A stretch of 64,000 nt of DNA from an uncultured Methanocellaceae archaeon. Lineage in GTDB: Archaea; Halobacteriota; Methanocellia; Methanocellales; Methanocellaceae. The stretch lies in NCBI GenBank assembly GCA_963780625.1, contig CAWACH010000006.1:472798-536797 (forward strand). The letters run 5' to 3'. Shown in pieces: positions 61,871 through 64,000 of this stretch; position 1 is the first letter of the stretch, and each line of letters opens with the position of its first letter. Made by a program: the position numbers and the translations under genes. The notes beneath the pieces are model-generated. The model did not search any database. It saw nothing but the letters and a program-made list of their open reading frames with translations, and was not told the origin of the DNA.

Positions 61871-62179
61871 TCATTCTTTCTTTAATTTTTTGATCATGTT
61901 ATCAGTCTCTTGATAGCCGTGCTTTAGTTTTACATCGTCATCGGGCGAGAGGTGCTCGAGTAGCCGCAGGAACTGGCCTGCATGCTTTAGCTCCTCTTCG
62001 GCGATATCTGTCAATACGGCAATCGTTATTTTGTCGTCCGTCGCCGCCATCTGCTGTACATAAAACTGTACCGCCTCATATTCTGCAGCTACGTCGAACC
62101 GTATCGTCCTGATCAATTCATCCTTGCTCAGCTTCCTGTCGAGGTTATTACCGGCAAATGGCGTCCCAAACTCTGGCAT
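61871..62179 (-). CDS. Small ferritin-like/rubrerythrin-like protein
   Basis: ELIRTIRFDVAAEYEAVQFY...DIAEEELKHAGQF. Confidence 0.85.
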   Translation of the reverse strand: MPEFGTPFAGNNLDRKLSKDELIRTIRFDVAAEYEAVQFYVQQMAATDDKITIAVLTDIAEEELKHAGQFLRLLEHLSPDDDVKLKHGYQETDNMIKKLKKE

Positions 62180-62355
62180 AAAGTCCTACCATAAAAGCCC
62201 AACATTCATCAAGGTTTTAAAGATAATTAAAATTTAATTATTTCCAGGCTTTATCCAAGGGTAAAAACATACGGATAGCGCGCCCCACGAGAGCAATATC
62301 GGAATTCTAAAATCGAGGAAGTCTTAATACATCACGAGATTTTATTATTTCACAT

Positions 62356-63882
62356 ATGATGAGAACGAAGGAAGAAGGGACGCTGTTCGACGGCATCGAG
62401 GCGGCGCACCTGGCGATTAAAGACTGCGGCGTCAAGATGATAAATGGAGTGCCGGGGTTTCCCATTAATCACTTATTTACCGCCATGCAGAACGACAAGG
62501 ACATGCGTGCACGGTGGCAGTTTAATGAAAAGATCGCCTTTGAGATGGCCATGGGAGCCTCCGTATGCGGCGAAAGGGCTGCCGTTATATGCAAGCATGT
62601 GGGCGTCAACATATTGTCGGACCCTCTCATCATATCTTCTACCCATGGCATCGGGGCAGGCATCGTGGTGATCGCAGGAGACGACGTGGGGGCCCTTTTC
62701 TCTAACGATGAGCAGGATTCCCGGTGGTACGGGAAGCTTGCCGAAATACCGGTGTTTGACCCGGCCGTTCCGCAGGATATGTATGATGCCATTACTCAAG
62801 GCTTTCAGCTTTCAGAGCGCATTAGCGCTCCCGTGATCGTAAGGGTCACCGAAGGCACTTTAGAAGAAAAGGGCACGGTCGCACGAAAGAAGATACCGTA
62901 TGAGCATAAAAAGCTGAATAGTAAGTTCTTTTCTTACACGATGCTGGGCTCCCATGAGCGATACATAAAGGATGGATGGAGCCAGGCGAGGGATGAGGCA
63001 GACCATTCAAGCATGAATAAGATCACCAAACGAGGCCGAAAAGGTATCATTTCATCGGGGCATGCTTCGGTAGTAGCATCGAAGCTGGCCGATTCTTTGG
63101 GCATATCGCATTTATCGCTCGGCCTGGTAAACCCATTTCCCAGGGCGCTGGTGGAGGATTTCATCATGGACCTGGAGTCTATACTCGTTTGCGAGGAGGT
63201 CTCCCCGTTCATCGAGGAACAAATGGGCCTCGCAAATGCCCGCGGCCGGCTCACCGGGCATCTGCCCAGGGTAGGCCCGCTGGACGGATCATCGATAAAA
63301 AACGGCCTGGAGCAGATGGACGCCGCTACGGTACAAAGGGATATCGAGCCTCATACCATGATCGCAAGAGGCTATGCGGTAGGACACTGTGCCGAATGCT
63401 CTTACCATTCAGTCTATAGTGCCATCAAATCGCTCGGGGTACCGGTCGCAGGGGACGCCGGCTGCTCGGTCATTGCAGCGAACCCGCCATATAGCATGCT
63501 CAACGTCATGTGCGGGCTCGGCTCGGCGGTCGGCTCTGCATGTGGCTTCCCGACCAAGGGCATCGCCATGATGGGCGATTTTGCGCTATTGCATACGGGC
63601 ATGCAGGCGCTATTAAATGCAAAATATAACGGCTACGATCTACTGGTAGTCATATTTGCCAACGGGGAAGCGGCTATGACGGGCGGACAGCCGTTACCTG
63701 ACGTGACAGGATTACTCAGGGATATTTTCAAGGATGATTGCACATTTTCAAATGCCAGTGAACTATCCGACGACCAGGTAAAAAGCGACCTTGAAAAGTT
63801 ACTAAAAGCGCCAGGGCTCAAAATATATGTAGTGACGTCGACGTGCCCCACGAAACATCAATTTGAAAAAAATCCTCTCTAA
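62356..63882 (+). CDS. iorA: Indolepyruvate:ferredoxin oxidoreductase alpha-subunit-like TPP enzyme
   Basis: NEKIAFE, KHVGVN, EQDSR, CAECSY, GDAGCS, GDFALLHTG, AMTGGQP. Confidence 0.85.
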   Translation: MMRTKEEGTLFDGIEAAHLAIKDCGVKMINGVPGFPINHLFTAMQNDKDMRARWQFNEKIAFEMAMGASVCGERAAVICKHVGVNILSDPLIISSTHGIGAGIVVIAGDDVGALFSNDEQDSRWYGKLAEIPVFDPAVPQDMYDAITQGFQLSERISAPVIVRVTEGTLEEKGTVARKKIPYEHKKLNSKFFSYTMLGSHERYIKDGWSQARDEADHSSMNKITKRGRKGIISSGHASVVASKLADSLGISHLSLGLVNPFPRALVEDFIMDLESILVCEEVSPFIEEQMGLANARGRLTGHLPRVGPLDGSSIKNGLEQMDAATVQRDIEPHTMIARGYAVGHCAECSYHSVYSAIKSLGVPVAGDAGCSVIAANPPYSMLNVMCGLGSAVGSACGFPTKGIAMMGDFALLHTGMQALLNAKYNGYDLLVVIFANGEAAMTGGQPLPDVTGLLRDIFKDDCTFSNASELSDDQVKSDLEKLLKAPGLKIYVVTSTCPTKHQFEKNPL

Positions 63883-64000
63883 GCCTGTTGTGAGGCTTTT
63901 TCCTTATTTTTAGCCAGAACGCGGGTGATCAGCTCTGCCAGCTCATCCCTGCGGATGGACTGCTTAACGTCGCTCATGCGCTTGATCTCGTCCAGCACCA
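63879..64000 (-). CDS. 3' end of a gene entering from beyond the window
   Basis: VLDEIKRMSDVKQSIRRDELAELITRVLAKNKEKASQQA*; too short to assign (loosely like isopropylmalate/homocitrate synthase C-termini). Confidence 0.5.
   Translation of the reverse strand, partial: VLDEIKRMSDVKQSIRRDELAELITRVLAKNKEKASQQA

Noticed and set aside
1-64000. tRNA or rRNA genes
   Set aside because: None recognised by eye; tRNAscan-SE or Infernal would be needed to exclude them.

Overview
Chromosomal segment of a methanogenic archaeon, judged from mmp10, mmp11, beta-RFAP synthase, an F420-dependent LLM enzyme and archaeal pilins; Methanocella-like is an inference. 1.4-35 kb is a cell-surface and phosphate region. 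It holds large Ig/NHL/propeller surface proteins, two PstS-like proteins with type IV pilin (class III) signal peptides, a heavily frameshifted pstS-pstC-pstA cluster directly followed by a pilus ATPase, two TadC-like proteins, a degenerate KaiC/FlaH-like protein and a PKD adhesin-pilin. It ends with an AbrB-PhoU regulator and a canonical pstSCAB-phoU operon, and a CTATATAG box recurs in its intergenic regions. 35-64 kb is mostly housekeeping genes. These are interrupted by toxin-antitoxin cassettes around mmp10 (with a duplicated mmp10 5' end), an AT-rich pilin cassette, and a family of long (about 190-270 bp arm) inverted-repeat elements, one enclosing a GxxExxY PD-(D/E)XK nuclease gene and three empty. 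The two best candidates for undescribed systems are (1) the GxxExxY/long-inverted-repeat element family and (2) a pilus-displayed phosphate-binding system resembling a bindosome. Several single-base frameshifts suggest assembly errors. All alignments and counts were done by eye, and repeat boundaries are approximate.
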